Part shown: one piece after another, positions 14,735-30,794 of the stretch | How positions within the stretch are numbered: position 1 is the stretch's first letter | Layout: each line of letters starts with the position of its first letter | NCBI GenBank assembly: GCA_964016885.1 | Contig: OZ024741.1 | Coordinates: 41,354,001 to 41,418,000, forward strand | Reading direction: 5' to 3' | Length of the DNA stretch: 64,000 nucleotides | From: Eledone cirrhosa | Lineage: Eukaryota | Notes under the pieces: generated by a model | The model's database searches: none | The model's input: only the letters and a program-made list of their open reading frames with translations | What the model was told of the DNA's origin: nothing | Translations under genes and position numbers: made by a program

Positions 14735-15048
14735 AAATAACAGATTAAAGTTTAAGCAAAGAATCGCTGCTTTCACCCTTAACGGGATCTTCTGAAACTA
14801 ACAAAGTCAATCGGTAAACGCAGAAGTGGATATTTCAAAAAACGTTGCAACCGAAGGAAGACAGGAAGACGATACTTTGGTTCGTGGTAACGTTCGCACG
14901 AACCAAAGTATCGTCTTCCTGTCTTCCTTCGGTTGCAACGTTTTTTGAAATATCCACTTCTGCGTTTACCGATTGACTTTGTTAGTTTCAGAAGATCCCG
15001 TTAAGGGTGAAAGCAGCGATTCTTTGCTTAAACTTTAATCTGTTATTT
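14735..15048. repeat. 152-bp fold-back palindrome with degenerate hammerhead-like motif
   Basis: Arms 14735-14886 and 14897-15048 read as exact reverse complements with a 10-nt loop; CAGAAGA-tCCC gttaa GGGt-GAAA at 14989-15012. Confidence 0.85.
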
Positions 15049-15387
15049 AAAAATATATATATATATAAAAATAAATAAAGGTGCATGGCTTAGTGGTTAG
15101 AGCATTTGGCTTGCAATTAAAAGGTTGTGAGTTCAATACTCGGACTGGGTGATGTGTTATTTCATATTGCTCCACTGCAAAGTGGTCGTGGAGGTGCCAC
15201 GGCAAAAAAGCACCCACCATTCACTGTAAATGAGGTTGGTGTTAGGAAGGGCATCCAGCTGTAGAAGTCAAGCCAGAATCAGTTCCTGTATGAGCAAGAC
15301 AAGGTCAGCCGACTGGACACAGCCCACAACAGGACAACTGTCTAACCCATGGAAGAATGGACGTAAAACGATGATGGTGATGATGAT

Positions 15388-15424
<37 letters not shown>

Positions 15425-15893
15425 CATATCACACATCTATACATACATGATACACATACACACAATATATCTATCTTATATATATAGAGAGAGAGACAGA
15501 TATAATAACTATAATATGTCACACATACTTTCAAAAATATATTTTTTTTTATTTTAATTTGTTTTCTACTATAAAACATATGTGAAAATCAATTTCTCTA
15601 TATTTGTTGCTCTTTCTCATACTGTTATTTTTTTTATCAATTATATATTTAGTAAACATAGCAATCACTGATTGCGGAGCTTCAAGCTATCTTTGAAAAC
15701 ATTGCTATATTATGCATAGACCTACATACCTATACATACATATGTACGTGTGTGTGTGTATCTATCTATCTATCTATATATATATATGTATACATACACA
15801 CGCATAAATATATACATACATACGTGCATGTATACATACATGCATGCATATATATATACATAGATACATATATGTGCATACATGCATACATAT

Positions 15894-15934
<41 letters not shown>

Positions 15935-15937
<3 letters not shown>

Positions 15938-16272
15938 CATCATCATCATTTTACGTCCACTTTTTCCTGCTTGCAAGGGTGGGACGGGAACTGATTCTGG
16001 CTTGATTTCTACAGCTGGATGCCCTTCCTAACACCAAACTCATTTACAGTGAGTGCTGGGTGCTTTTTTGCCGTGGCACCTCCACGACCACTTTGCAGTG
16101 AAAATGATAGGGATCCCAGTCCCTATCATCTCATTTCTACAACTGAGTAAACTGGAGCAATGTGAAATAAAGTGTCTTGCTCAAGGAAAAAACACATCAC
16201 CTGGTCTGAGAATTGAACTCACAACCTTTCGATTGCAAGGCCAATGCTCTAACCACTAAGCCATGTGCCTCC
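15935..16272 (-). mobile_element. Family B SINE
   Basis: Reverse complement of the 56201 copy; others at 15080-15390, 17660-17965, 27952-28270. Confidence 0.88.
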
Positions 16273-19166
16273 ATATATATATACAATCACATAGACACAT
16301 ATATGACTGTCATATATCTACATAGATTTATGATATACCCTTTGACTCGTTAACCTATCCCAGCCCATGCTGGAGCACCACCATATATATATAAACATAT
16401 ATAATATATATATATATATATGCATAGATATATGTATATATTTACACATATTTATACATACATCCATATACATGCACAGAATCATATATATATATATGAT
16501 TCTAAAAGATACAAATTAACCCTTTTATTCCCATATTTGGGAAAGACACTGTCACTAATTTCTGTTTAATTTGGAAAATAATCAAGAATATTAGCTATCC
16601 CGGTGGCCTTGTGGGAAGTATTAGAGATGGCAGAGATCCTGGTCTAGGGTTTAATCCAACTATGATGAAATAAAAAATATCCTGAACAATATTTTTGAAA
16701 GTAAAGATTAGAATAAAAATGCAAATATATGAAATTAAGTGATTAGAATATTTATGTAGATTAATTTAGAATGCTAATTCTAGGAGTTTAACTCTTCCCA
16801 ACCCCCTAAAACTGCTACTGATTCTATGATACAAAACTTTTTATTTTAAAGTATCTATATTTATCTCAAATCCTTCCATTATAATTTTATCTACTATTGA
16901 CTCTTAAATGACAGGACAGGGTGGAATAAATGGGGTGGGTGGAAAATCAGTAATTTTTCTAGGTTGTCTCCATTGATTTAAAAAAAAACTATAATTAGTT
17001 GTTTAGTTTACATATTTGAGACCCCAATCTATCATATTTATTTTATAACTTTTGGGATTTCTAGTAATGTACTATTTTTTTGTCACGTATAATGTTTTTA
17101 ATGCATAAAGAAAATTAATTGTTGCAGGAATGCTACCACTTAAAATAATATTTTGCCGAAGATAGATTAGTAAAATTTAATAAGCAGGTATAAGAGCACA
17201 GGGGTTGGAATAAGAGCACAGGGGTTGGAAAAATTCTGAAAAATTAATAAATGGGAGTGATGGGGGTGCGATTATTCAAGACCTGAAAGTAAGCAACTTT
17301 ATAAAGTTATGCTTGAAACACCAACTTAATAATGCCAAAGTTTGTTGTTTTACTAAATTCCCGAAATTTCAATATGATTTGAAAAATAATACAAAATGAC
17401 TTTCATTAAAAATATCTTAAAGAAAAGGTTCCAGAAATATGGATAGTTTAGTCAACAAGCAATTCAAGAGGTTGGCAGTTCATATCCTGTAAGTGACACA
17501 GTATTGTATACATGGTTAAGACCCGTAGTTCCTCATATACAGTTGGTATCACTGAAGGTCTAATTAAGCTCTGTATGAAATGAACCTCCATAAATTTTTA
17601 TGATGAGCATTGCAGTTGTTTGATAAATAGAACAGCCTGCTCATGAAATTAACATGCAGAACTCACAATCGAAAGGTTGTGAGTTCAATTCTCAGACCGG
17701 GTGATGTGTTGTTTCCTTGAGCAAGACACTTTATTTCACATTGCTCCAGTTTACTCAGCTATAGAAATGAGATGATAGGGACTGGGGTCCCTAACATTCC
17801 ACTGCAAAGTGGACCTGTAGGCGCCATGGAAGAAAAGCAGCCAGCACTCACTATAAATGAGGTTGGTGTTAAGAAGGGCATCCAGCTGTAGAAAACAAGC
17901 CAGAATCAGTTCCCGTCCCACCCTTGCAAGCAGGGAAAAGCAGACGTAAAAAATGATGATGATGGCTGAGTATTCTACAGATATATGTAACCAAGCAGTG
18001 GGATCTAATCTTTCGGATATGTTGCATTCATAAAATAATGGTTTCTGATTTAGGCACAAAGCCAGCAATTTTTTGGAGTGGGGAAAGTCGATTACATTGA
18101 CTCCAATGTATTACTGGTACTTTGTTTTATTGACCCATAAGGATGAAAGGCAAAGCTAACCTCGAAGGGATTTGAAATCAGAATGTAAAGGACTGTAATT
18201 CTATGCTGTGAAGCATTTGGTTGTGGCATAGAGTTACAACCAAATGCTTCATGCCATAAAATAATTCACAAACAATAGATTCCTAAGGAAGGCCAAGTTT
18301 CTTAGAATCATAGATTGTAGGAAATTGTAGAAGCAGAATGAAGGATAAAATTTGCAGAACATGTGTTCTGAATGCAAAAGTGATGAAAAACAAGGATTAC
18401 AGTGATGTAAGACCAGATGGAAGAAGATGAATGGAATTACCAAAGAAGACATGGTGCAATATTTAAAACAGAAAAAAGACTTACAACTGTTTAACATCAT
18501 GTAAGATGTGGCAGTGACTGAATACAGAACTGGGTAGTTTAGTGAATTCATGCTACCTGATGTACAAGACAACTTTATGGCAAGAACTAAATATTAAGTC
18601 TTTAATTACAAATCTGACCAAAACCAGCTCTGGTTCTATGAAATAAAAATCACCAATTTTAAAGGTTTCCAATTTATATTAAAATCATCCAACATAATTT
18701 TATATAAGAACCTTACATTAAATTACTATCTTAGTAATGAAATAAATAATTTTAGTAAATACCTCAAAATTCTTCATTGATTAAATGAAATAGAGAGTAT
18801 TTCATTAGAGATGTGGTCATGAAAGGGTTAAATGAACAAGGTTCAGTAAATCAGTGACATGCTGTTTTTCATGTCATGTTTAGGTGGAGAGAAAAGTGAG
18901 TGTTATACACAAGTATATGCAGTGTATTACATTTACTCCTGTATTTTATTCTCAAACATTTTGGAATGTGAACTCTGGAAAGTCACTAAAATATAAAGTT
19001 TTCAAAGCCAAAATTTGTATAGAAATACAATATTATGGTAATAATGATATTGTATGTGTGTGCATATGTGTGTGAGTATGGGTGGGAGGGGGGGGGGGGG
19101 TCCGAGCGCGCGCGTGCGTATATGTGTATATATATATATATATATGTGTGTATATATATGTGTATA

Positions 19167-19236
<70 letters not shown>

Positions 19237-19696
19237 TTGAGTAGTAACATTCAGAAATAGAGTAACACCAAATGTAGGAGATGCCTGTGGAAATATCAAG
19301 AATTAATTAGTTCTTGGTACTGTGTTGCAGTGCTAAAGGGAATAAATATATACGGGTGTGAGTGTATACATATATATATATGTGTGTGTGTGTTTGTGTG
19401 TGAGTTTATACTTCATTGCTGTATTTGTTTTGCAAGATACTTGGCAGCATAACAAAGTATAACAATGTATATATATATATATTTACACACATATATATAT
19501 ATATGAGAAATGAGAAGAAAAACACGAGAAACCAGATCAATAAGGAACCAATCAAATAAGATCATCAACCATAAGTTGACCTTTAACACAATGTCTTTTC
19601 CACCAAAAAGAAATAAAGATATGTTTCTCTCATTATTTCCATGTATCTCTACATATATATAGTATCCATGCATGTTCTTCCTCATTATAACCATGC

Positions 19697-21772
<2,076 letters not shown>

Positions 21773-24700
21773 CCCCATACGCCCACCACTCCCCACCTCT
21801 CCCCCGACCCCCACCCCACCCCCAATCTCCACCCCTCACCACACCCTCCTTTCCCTCCCCAAACACCCAAACTCCACCCCTTGTTGTCACCATACCCCCT
21901 GACCTCCCCCTCTCCGCACCTGAGCGCTCACTCCTTAGTAGAGGCCTTCGCCTCATACCCCACACTCCGCTCAGCGACGAGTTCCGCACCCGAACGGAAG
22001 TCGAGCGATTCGTGCGACGCACTAAGCTACAGGCACATTTCAGCCGAACGCCACCGGCTCCGGACGCCCCAGACCCGTTTCTCGCCCTGGGCCGACGACC
22101 ATCTTCTTGGACGCCGGCCCCAGGGCAATTTAGCACCCTGGACGCCTTCGTCGATGCCAGCCGTAGCGCAGTAAATCGTTTCGACTTCCGCCACCGTTCC
22201 AAACGGAATAACATCTCACGGAGCGAACTCCTCGCTCTCCGCTCCCTCCGTAGCCGAGATGACATCGTCATCAAACCGGCGGACAAGGGAGGCGCCGTGG
22301 TGGTATGGCGCGCGGACCTCTACACGGCCGAAGCCCTCAGGCAGCTCTGTAACCCCCTCTTTTACCGCCCTCTACCCTCCGATCCCACCCCCCTCTACCA
22401 ACAAGTTTCCTCCACCATCAAAGACCTTATCGCCTCCTCCCTCCTCCCCCACCGCTTCCCACCTCATCGTCCGCACACCCCGCACCCCCACCATCTACTT
22501 CCTCCCCAAACTCCACAAACCCGACAACCCCGGCCGCCCCATCGTCTCCGCTTGCAACTGCCCCACCGAACTCATCTCCGCCTTTCTCGACTCCCTCCTC
22601 GCCCCCCTTGTCACCACCCTCCCCTCCCACATCTCTGACACCAACCACGCCCTGCGCCTTTTCGACTCCTTCACCTACCTACCCGGCCCTCAGCCATTCC
22701 TCTTCACCCTAGACATCAAGTCCCTCTATACCGTCATCCCCCACGCCGACGGCCTTCGCGCCCTCAAACACTACCTCGACCTTCGCCCCTCCCCCATTCC
22801 TTCCACCCCCACCCTCCTTCGCCTCGCCGAGCTGGTCCTCACCCTAAATTGTTTCTCCTTCTCGGGTGAGTTTTACCAACAGGTCACGGGGGTAGCCATG
22901 GGCACAAGAATGGGCCCGAACTATGCCAACCTTTTTGTTGGCCATGTTGAGGCCCAAATCTTTGCCCAGTACACCGGCCCCACGCCCGAACTGTACGGTC
23001 GTTACATTGACGACTGTATCGGAGCCACGACCCTCACCCGAGTACAGCTCGACTCCTTTCTCTCCTTCTTCTGCTCCTTCCACCCCTCCCTCCACTTCAC
23101 CACCTCTATCTCCACCACCCACGTCCACTTCTTGGACATCTCCGTCGCCTTCGACCCCTCCCACCACTCCCTCGTCTCCTCCGCCTTCTTCAAACCCACC
23201 GACTCCCACTCTTACCTCGACTTCACCTCTTCCCACCCCACCCACACTAAACTGTCCATTCCCTACTCCCAACTTCTCAGGATCCGCCGCCTCTGTAGCC
23301 GAGATGCTGACTTCGAGTCCCAGGCCCTTTCCCTAGTCAGCCATTTCATCCGGAGAGGTTACCCCCCCTCTCTCGTCCACACCGCTCTCACCCGCGCCCG
23401 TCCTATCCCCCGCTCCACCACCCTCACCCCACGCCACCGCACACCCACCCACCGTCTCCCCTTCCCCATCACCTACCACCCCTCCACCGCACCATCCGCC
23501 GCCTCTTCCGACACCTCCAGTCCGACCCCTCCACCTCCCACATCTTCACAACCCCACCACTCCCCTCCTTCAAACGCGCACGCAATCTCCGCACCCTCCT
23601 CGTCCACAGCTCCCTACCCCCCAACCCACGCTCCGTTCCCCCCCCCCGGTTCCTTCCCCTGTTCTAGGCCCCGCTGCAACACCTGTCCCCACATCACCAA
23701 CACCACCACCTTCCAGGGTCCCAACGGCCACCCTCTCTCGGTCCGGCATGCCTTCCGCTGCACCTCCTCCAACCTAGTCTACGGACTTCGTTGCACGAGG
23801 TGCAGCGCGACTTATGTCGGACAGACGGGACGCCGCCTGGCGGACCGAGTCACGGAGCACCTCCGGGACATTCGTCTCGGGGGCAGTTCCCCCATCGCCC
23901 GCCACTTTGGTGGCCCTGGACACTCCGCACGCCATCTCACAGTCTGTGGCCTACTCCAGTGCCACGGAACACCCGCCCATCGCCTTATGGTCGAACAACG
24001 CACTATCTTCATCTTACAGACCCACACTCCCCCCGGTCTGAACTCCCCACCCTTATTCCTTTAGCGTTCGACCGCCCCCCCTCCCCCCACTTATCCCCCA
24101 CTAACAATACTAACACCTCCACTCCACCCCTCATCTGACCACCCTTCCCCAACTAACATACTAACATCCCTTCCCTCCCCTCTTCTCCTCCTCCTCCCTC
24201 CTTATCACACGCACACACGCACCCACTTACACCACCCACCCCACACGCAACTAACATCACTAACACCCTCCAACCCCACGCACACGTACCCACACACCCT
24301 CGTACACCACCAACTCTACACACCCTACCCCCACTAACCCCCACTCACACCTGCATTCCACCCCTCCCCACCTCCCGTATACTAACACCCACTAACACCT
24401 CCCCACCAAACTACACACACACCAGTACACCACACTCCCTCCATAGAACCACACACACCCTTCTCTCCCCACTCCACTCACTCATCCCACTAACACCCCT
24501 ACTAATACACACACACACACCCTCCTCACTCCAACTCTCACACCTACCCATCCTCACCTCCCTACCATTCAGCCGACTGCTGCTATGCCCTTCCGACCAC
24601 TGCCTCAGCACCAACTCACCACAGCACTTCCACTGCTGACCACTTCCTGTTGCGCGCGCACCCCACATCTCTCCTCTTCCGACCACCGCTTCTTGGATTA

Positions 24701-25013
24701 CCCACACACGTTTTGACTTCTAACCAAAATCTCCAAACATCCGTGTAACTTACCACTTTCAACCATCCTCTTACACCATCACCTATATAACTCACCCACA
24801 CACACACCCCAAAACAATTTTTTTTATCCACACGCCACCCACACCCACAACACGCTTAAACCACACACACGTGCTTCCCACCACATATTTACACCCTCAG
24901 CCCCCTGATTCCTCTCCCCCACCCCCTATCCACAGACCCTCCGACCCACAAAAACACCCCCCACACACACCTTCCTGAACATGCAACCCCGTTCTTCCCC
25001 CAACCCTCACTTT

Positions 25014-25050
<37 letters not shown>

Positions 25051-25362
25051 CTAACCACACACACCACCTTCAGCCCTCCCCGCTCGGACACCCGTCTCCC
25101 TCTCCCCACTCCATCCGCCACCACCTCTACTCACCCCACACCCTTCCACCACCTGTTTACCCCCCTTTTAATTTCAGTTTATTTTGATCATGCCTTTATT
25201 TTAAAATTTTCTCATTCCTTGTATTTTGATCATGCTTTATTTTTATTTATTATTTATTATATTTTTGTCTTTATTTGTTAATTTTTCATTCGCCCCGTTT
25301 CCTTTCGCTATATGTCTCTCCACCACTCCCCTACACACCTTTTGAACTCTCACCTGAAGAAG
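21773..25362 (+). mobile_element. Penelope-like retroelement (Neptune-like), 5'-truncated, with long C/A-rich 3' region ending in a truncated hammerhead core
   Basis: RT and GIY-YIG coding region; abrupt switch to C-rich composition after (TA/TACA)n; CTGAAGA-AGG at 25354 where an unrelated fragment interrupts. Confidence 0.93.
21883..24064 (+). pseudogene. Penelope RT-GIY-YIG polyprotein with about 3 frameshifts
   Basis: N-terminus [22 protein letters not shown]; RT motifs [73 protein letters not shown]; Cys linker CSRPRCNTC..CTSSN; endonuclease LVYGLRCTRCSATYVGQTGRRLADRVTEH. Frameshifts near 22450, 23490 and 23640. Confidence 0.95.
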
Positions 25363-25580
25363 GTACCATGTGATGACAAGTGCAGAGAGATCTCCAGATA
25401 TAAAGCAATGCCTGTGCCGTGAAGCTTTTATAGTGAGCAAAGGCACTGCACAAAGCCAGTCACACTCTCTTAACCAAGATGATATTTACCAAAAAGAAGA
25501 ACAAGTCAACATCATTGGATACCATCTGGGTTGCAGGTGTTATATCAGAGTTTTCCTTCTCCTAGAATTCTGCCTTGACA
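25363..25580 (-). mobile_element. Fragment of the 37861-38200 family, abutting the Penelope 3' end
   Basis: Sequence identity with 38030-38200. Confidence 0.65.
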
Positions 25581-25735
25581 TACATATATATATACATACA
25601 TATATATATATACATACATATATATATATATACACATACATATATATATATATACATACATATATATATATACATACATATATATATATATACATACATA
25701 TATATATATATATATATACATATATATATACATAC

Positions 25736-25766
<31 letters not shown>

Positions 25767-25825
25767 CATACATATATATATACACATATATATATATATA
25801 CATACATATATATATACATACATAC

Positions 25826-25874
<49 letters not shown>

Positions 25875-25947
25875 CACATACATATATATATATATACATA
25901 CATATATATATATATATATACACATATATATATATATACATACATAC

Positions 25948-26006
<59 letters not shown>

Positions 26007-26009
26007 AAT

Positions 26010-26040
<31 letters not shown>

Positions 26041-26043
26041 AAT

Positions 26044-26086
<43 letters not shown>

Positions 26087-26223
26087 CATATATACATACA
26101 TATATATATATATATACATACATGCATATATACATATATATATATATACATATATACATATATTTATATATATATATATACATAAATATATACATATATA
26201 CATATATATACATACATATATAC

Positions 26224-26260
<37 letters not shown>

Positions 26261-26633
26261 CATACATATATATATATATATATATACATACATATATATA
26301 TATATATATATGTATGTATATACATATATATATATATATATACATACATATATATATATATATACATACATATATACATATATATATACATACATATATA
26401 TATACATATATACATATATATATATACATATATACATACATATATATATATACATATATATATATATACATATATACATACATATATATATAGATATATA
26501 CATACATATATATATATATACATACACATATACATATTTATATATATATACATATATACATATTTATATATACATACATATATACATATTTATATATATA
26601 TATATACATATATACATATATATATATATACAT
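25578..26633. repeat. (TA)n/(TACA)n microsatellite
   Basis: Direct inspection. Confidence 0.98.
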
Positions 26634-27200
26634 AACCTCTATATTTAATAATCTCCCTATCGGTTGAGATTACATTTGGCGATATATGGCTGCGCTTTGT
26701 AGCAGCATGCCTACCCGCCGTAAGCAACCAATCACACGCTTTCTCTCTGGCTGGTACACAGCTACATAGCGATCTTAGCCATTTTTGAATCTAAATTTGG
26801 CGCGGTCGGTCTGAGAAATTAAATGTCTATTTCTGAGTTTGTCTCCTGATGATTCCTGACTCAAGGCAAGTCCATATTATTTGGATGTCCTAAACTAGGA
26901 AGAAACCATGGTAGAGATATAATTACGGTATGTGCGCATTTCTTCTAAGTTTAATTTTACTACTAATTACGTGCGGTTGACGATATATTTGATCGGATTC
27001 TGCATGCTGCCGAAGTATTTGATAAATAATGGAACGGAGTTACCGCGAACTAGCTGCGATTAATTATTTGTCGGAGATTTCCCCGTTAGAAAATTTACTC
27101 TTAAAGCTTGCTAGATTTGATTATGTATATGGTTAATTATGCTGATTAGAAGAAGAAATAGTATATATTTTAATATCTGATTGATTCTATAGACATGATT
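26634..27200 (+). mobile_element. Hammerhead-bearing non-coding island (solo pLTR/retrozyme-like)
   Basis: Unique ~570-bp island between TA/TACA tracts that contains the 26841 ribozyme. Confidence 0.6.
26841..26918 (+). ncRNA. Type I hammerhead ribozyme, canonical core, long loop II, palindromic helix III
   Basis: GTCTC-CTGATGA-TTCCT...AGGAA-GAAA-CCATGG-TA-GAGAT; predicted GUA cleavage after 26913. Confidence 0.85.
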
Positions 27201-27202
27201 TA

Positions 27203-27239
<37 letters not shown>

Positions 27240-27339
27240 CATATATACATATATATATATATAGATATATATATATATACATATATATATATACATATAT
27301 ATATATAGATATATATATATATACATACATATATATATA

Positions 27340-27417
<78 letters not shown>

Positions 27418-27457
27418 TACACACATACATATATACATACATATATACATACATATA

Positions 27458-27491
<34 letters not shown>

Positions 27492-27548
27492 TACATACAT
27501 AGATATAGATATATATATATATACATACATAGATATATATATATATAT

Positions 27549-27870
27549 AAACAGGCTAAGCGGAGAAAGTTGTGATGTCGTTAAGTAACGACATCACAAC
27601 TTTCTCCGCTTGGCCTGTTTCCCCCCTTTTGGATCTTTTCCCCCGTTGATGGGCGTGAGCCCGAAATATTGGGATTAAATCTCTACTACGGTAACCCTTC
27701 TACCTTTGTTTTGTTTTCATCTTTGTCTCTCTCAATTTTCACTTTCACCTGTTTTTCCTATCTATATTTCACTTCCTACCTCGAGATTTCCCTTTGCATT
27801 GTTGTGGTTTTCTTAAATACGTATTTTTACACATTTCACAATGCTTCAAGCAAACTTTAACACCATCATA
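27549..27870 (+). mobile_element. pLTR-like element with 5' 35-bp hairpin and degenerate hammerhead
   Basis: Arms 27549-27583 and 27586-27620 (1 mismatch); TCCC-CCGTTGA-tGGGC GTGA GCCC-GAAA-TATT-GGGA at 27639-27674; TA tracts on both sides. Confidence 0.65.
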
Positions 27871-27908
27871 TATATATATATATATATATATACATTCATA
27901 TATATACA

Positions 27909-27953
<45 letters not shown>

Positions 27954-28276
27954 TTGCAATCGAAAGCTTGTGAGTTCAATTCTCAGACCGGGTGTTGTGT
28001 TGTTTCCTTGAGCAAGACACTTTATTTCACATTGCTCCAGTTTACTCAGCTGTAGAAATGAGATGATAGGGACAGGGGTTGCTATCATTCCACTGTAAAG
28101 TGGACGTGTAGGCGCCACGGAAAAAAAGCACCCAGCACTCACTGTAAATGAGGTTGGTGTTAGGAAGGGCATCCAGCTGTGGAAATCAAGCCAGAATCAT
28201 TTCCCGTCCCACCCTTGCAAGCAGGGAAAAGTGGACGGAAAATGAAATGATGATGAAATGATGAAATGATAAATAT

Positions 28277-28863
28277 ACTGATGAAGGACTATTTTTATCA
28301 TATGTAACCTATGTGCAACCACGCAGTATTCATTCTTCTCATGTTTTTTATATATATTTTCCCCAGCTGCGTTTGTCTGTTTCTCTCTTACTGCTTCCCC
28401 CCTCTCACTGTTTCTCTCACCTTCTTTCGCCCCCTCTGTCAGTTACAGTTTCTCTCGACTGGCCTCTTCCTCGCACTTCCACTCACTCACTCTCTGCTTC
28501 TCTTCTCACTTCCTCCCATTTGGACTGAAGTGGGGTCCTTTCTTGCAACTTGCGTCGGATAGTCTGTTGTCTCTCGCTCATGAAATCCACACAGCTTAAG
28601 CTGACCGGACTCCCATGTGCTTGTTTTTGCTATCTTTGCGTTGCTATCCTTCTATGTTTGTTTACCTGTCTCGCTCGCTTTACGCAATTTACTTGTCCCA
28701 ATAGCTTTATTTAGCTATTGCTCGCACCAACTGGAGGTATATGATTTTTAAAGCGATGAAATACCAATAAAGGTTGGAAAATCACTGATGAAGGACGAAT
28801 TTTATCATATGTAACCCATGTGCAACCACGCAGTATTCATTCTTCTCATGTTTTTTATATATA
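28277..28863 (+). mobile_element. Direct-repeat (partial tandem) pLTR/retrozyme-like unit, 507-bp period
   Basis: ~80-bp repeats at 28277-28356 and 28784-28863 both begin at CTGATGA-AGGAC and contain CATATG-TA, but lack GAAA. Confidence 0.6.
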
Positions 28864-30794
28864 TATATACATATATATATATATACATACATATATATAT
28901 ACATACATATATATATACATATATATATATACATATATATATATACATATATATATTCTAACTCATACCGGTATGAAGATATGGATATAAAGACGATAAT
29001 GAGTACCAGGTACATGAAATGCAAAAATACACAGCACAGCCATTTCTTTCATTGTCAAATGTGAAACTAGAACCAGAAATTAATGTATACTGGCTCAAAT
29101 TCTTCACCAGCATCTGCTGTTAGCAATTCCATCAAGCAACTCTCTGATTTACATTAACAAACAATGCCAAAAGCAATGGACCATTCTAATGTGCTAGACA
29201 GAGATTAGGAGATAATGTTTGATATATTTTACACACATAGATAAACACACAATATATGCATATATATATATATATATGTGTGTATCTGTGTGAGTATGTA
29301 TGTATGTATGTATGTATGTATGTATGTATGTATGTATGTATGTATGTATGTATGTATGTGTGTATGTATGCGTGTGCCTGCATTTGTATGCTAGTGTATG
29401 CTTTTCTACTGGACCGAGCATAATAGATGCTTTAATTAAAAGTGAATAGACACTTCAACAAACAACAAATAAATAAATGAAAGACAATGACGACAACAAC
29501 AACATATAAAACAACCAGAGCAGACATGGTTGATTACTCAATAGTTAAAATACTTAAGATAAACCACACACGCACACACACACACACACAAAGGCACATA
29601 CAAACACACATACACACACTCACACATATACACACACATACACACACTCACTCACACACAAACACATCTACACACAAACACAGAGAATAATAAGTTTAAT
29701 GGTTCAGAAAGTACTGTTTTATTAAAATAAAATAGTAAAATTATATAGTTTACAAATAAAAGGTCACTTTTATTGTTGATGCAGAAAGGTGTCCGGTAAT
29801 TAAGGAAATACAACAAAAACAAATAAGAAAAAACAATACGTTCAATCAATGTACATGGAGAGATGTTAGATACAATAATACAATAATACAATAGCAAGTG
29901 TTTTAAGGCAGTGGGGTTAGGCTTATGGCCCTTATGACAGACTTCATACTTATGATTATGTCATTGTCCCAGCAAACAGAAAGGTAAACAGCTGCACTGA
30001 AAGAGGCTATCTTCATAATGATCACAATAAGTAAAGACATGATTTAAGGACCTAGGACATTAGAGGCTTGCACCAATAAGGTTTTGGCAAAACAGAACTG
30101 CACTGAAAGAACCTGTCTATCTTGCAGATGGCTATCTCCATATTGATCACAATAAGTAAAGACATGGTTCAAGGAACTAGGACATCATAGGTTTGCTCAA
30201 CTAGGGGTTTGGCGAAAAAAATCTATTGGAAGAGTGTCTGATTTGTGCCTGTTGAGCAACAAAGTCTGAGACTGATGCAGAGAAATATATTTCAGTTTAT
30301 GTTAAGATAACTAAAAGAAAAAGAAAATTGGTGAATGATCAAATGAATGAAAGTTTTTATATCTGTGAAAGAACTTAGTGAAAACCATACACCATTAGTA
30401 TTCCTTCATCTCATTCATTTCAACCAATGTGGCATTAATTCCTAATGGAATTATATGGGTGCCATCATGATATCAGTGTTTATTGGGCATTTAAACCTAG
30501 TAGAACCTCTCCCTCCTCCAGGTTTGACTACAGACAATTTCTTCTTCTTAGATAGAGAGATAGAAAGAGAAAGAAAGAGAGAGAGTGTGTGGGAAGGTGA
30601 AAGAGGGTGAAAGAGAATAATAATAAGAACTAACCCCACAACTGGAATTTTATTTATTGATCAAGAAAAAATGAATGTCAAAGTTGACTTCAGCAGGATT
30701 TGAAAGACAAAACTAATATCACAAATTAGTCTATCAAATGATCCGATAGTTCTGGCAATGTATTCCATTATCATCAGCATTATGAGAAGAAGAT

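Noticed and set aside
15660-15720. Hammerhead-like words inside a TAGCAAT/ATTGCTA stem; similar weak cases near 14600, 28970 and 63260
   Set aside because: Several core mismatches and no clear NUH site; not distinguishable from chance by eye
16053-16259. Recurrent small ORF LQLSKLEQCEIKCLAQG
   Set aside because: Antisense translation of family B SINE copies
29990-30215. Diverged ~120-bp tandem duplication; similar cases at 11545-11850 and 39226-39429
   Set aside because: Ordinary local duplications with no further structure
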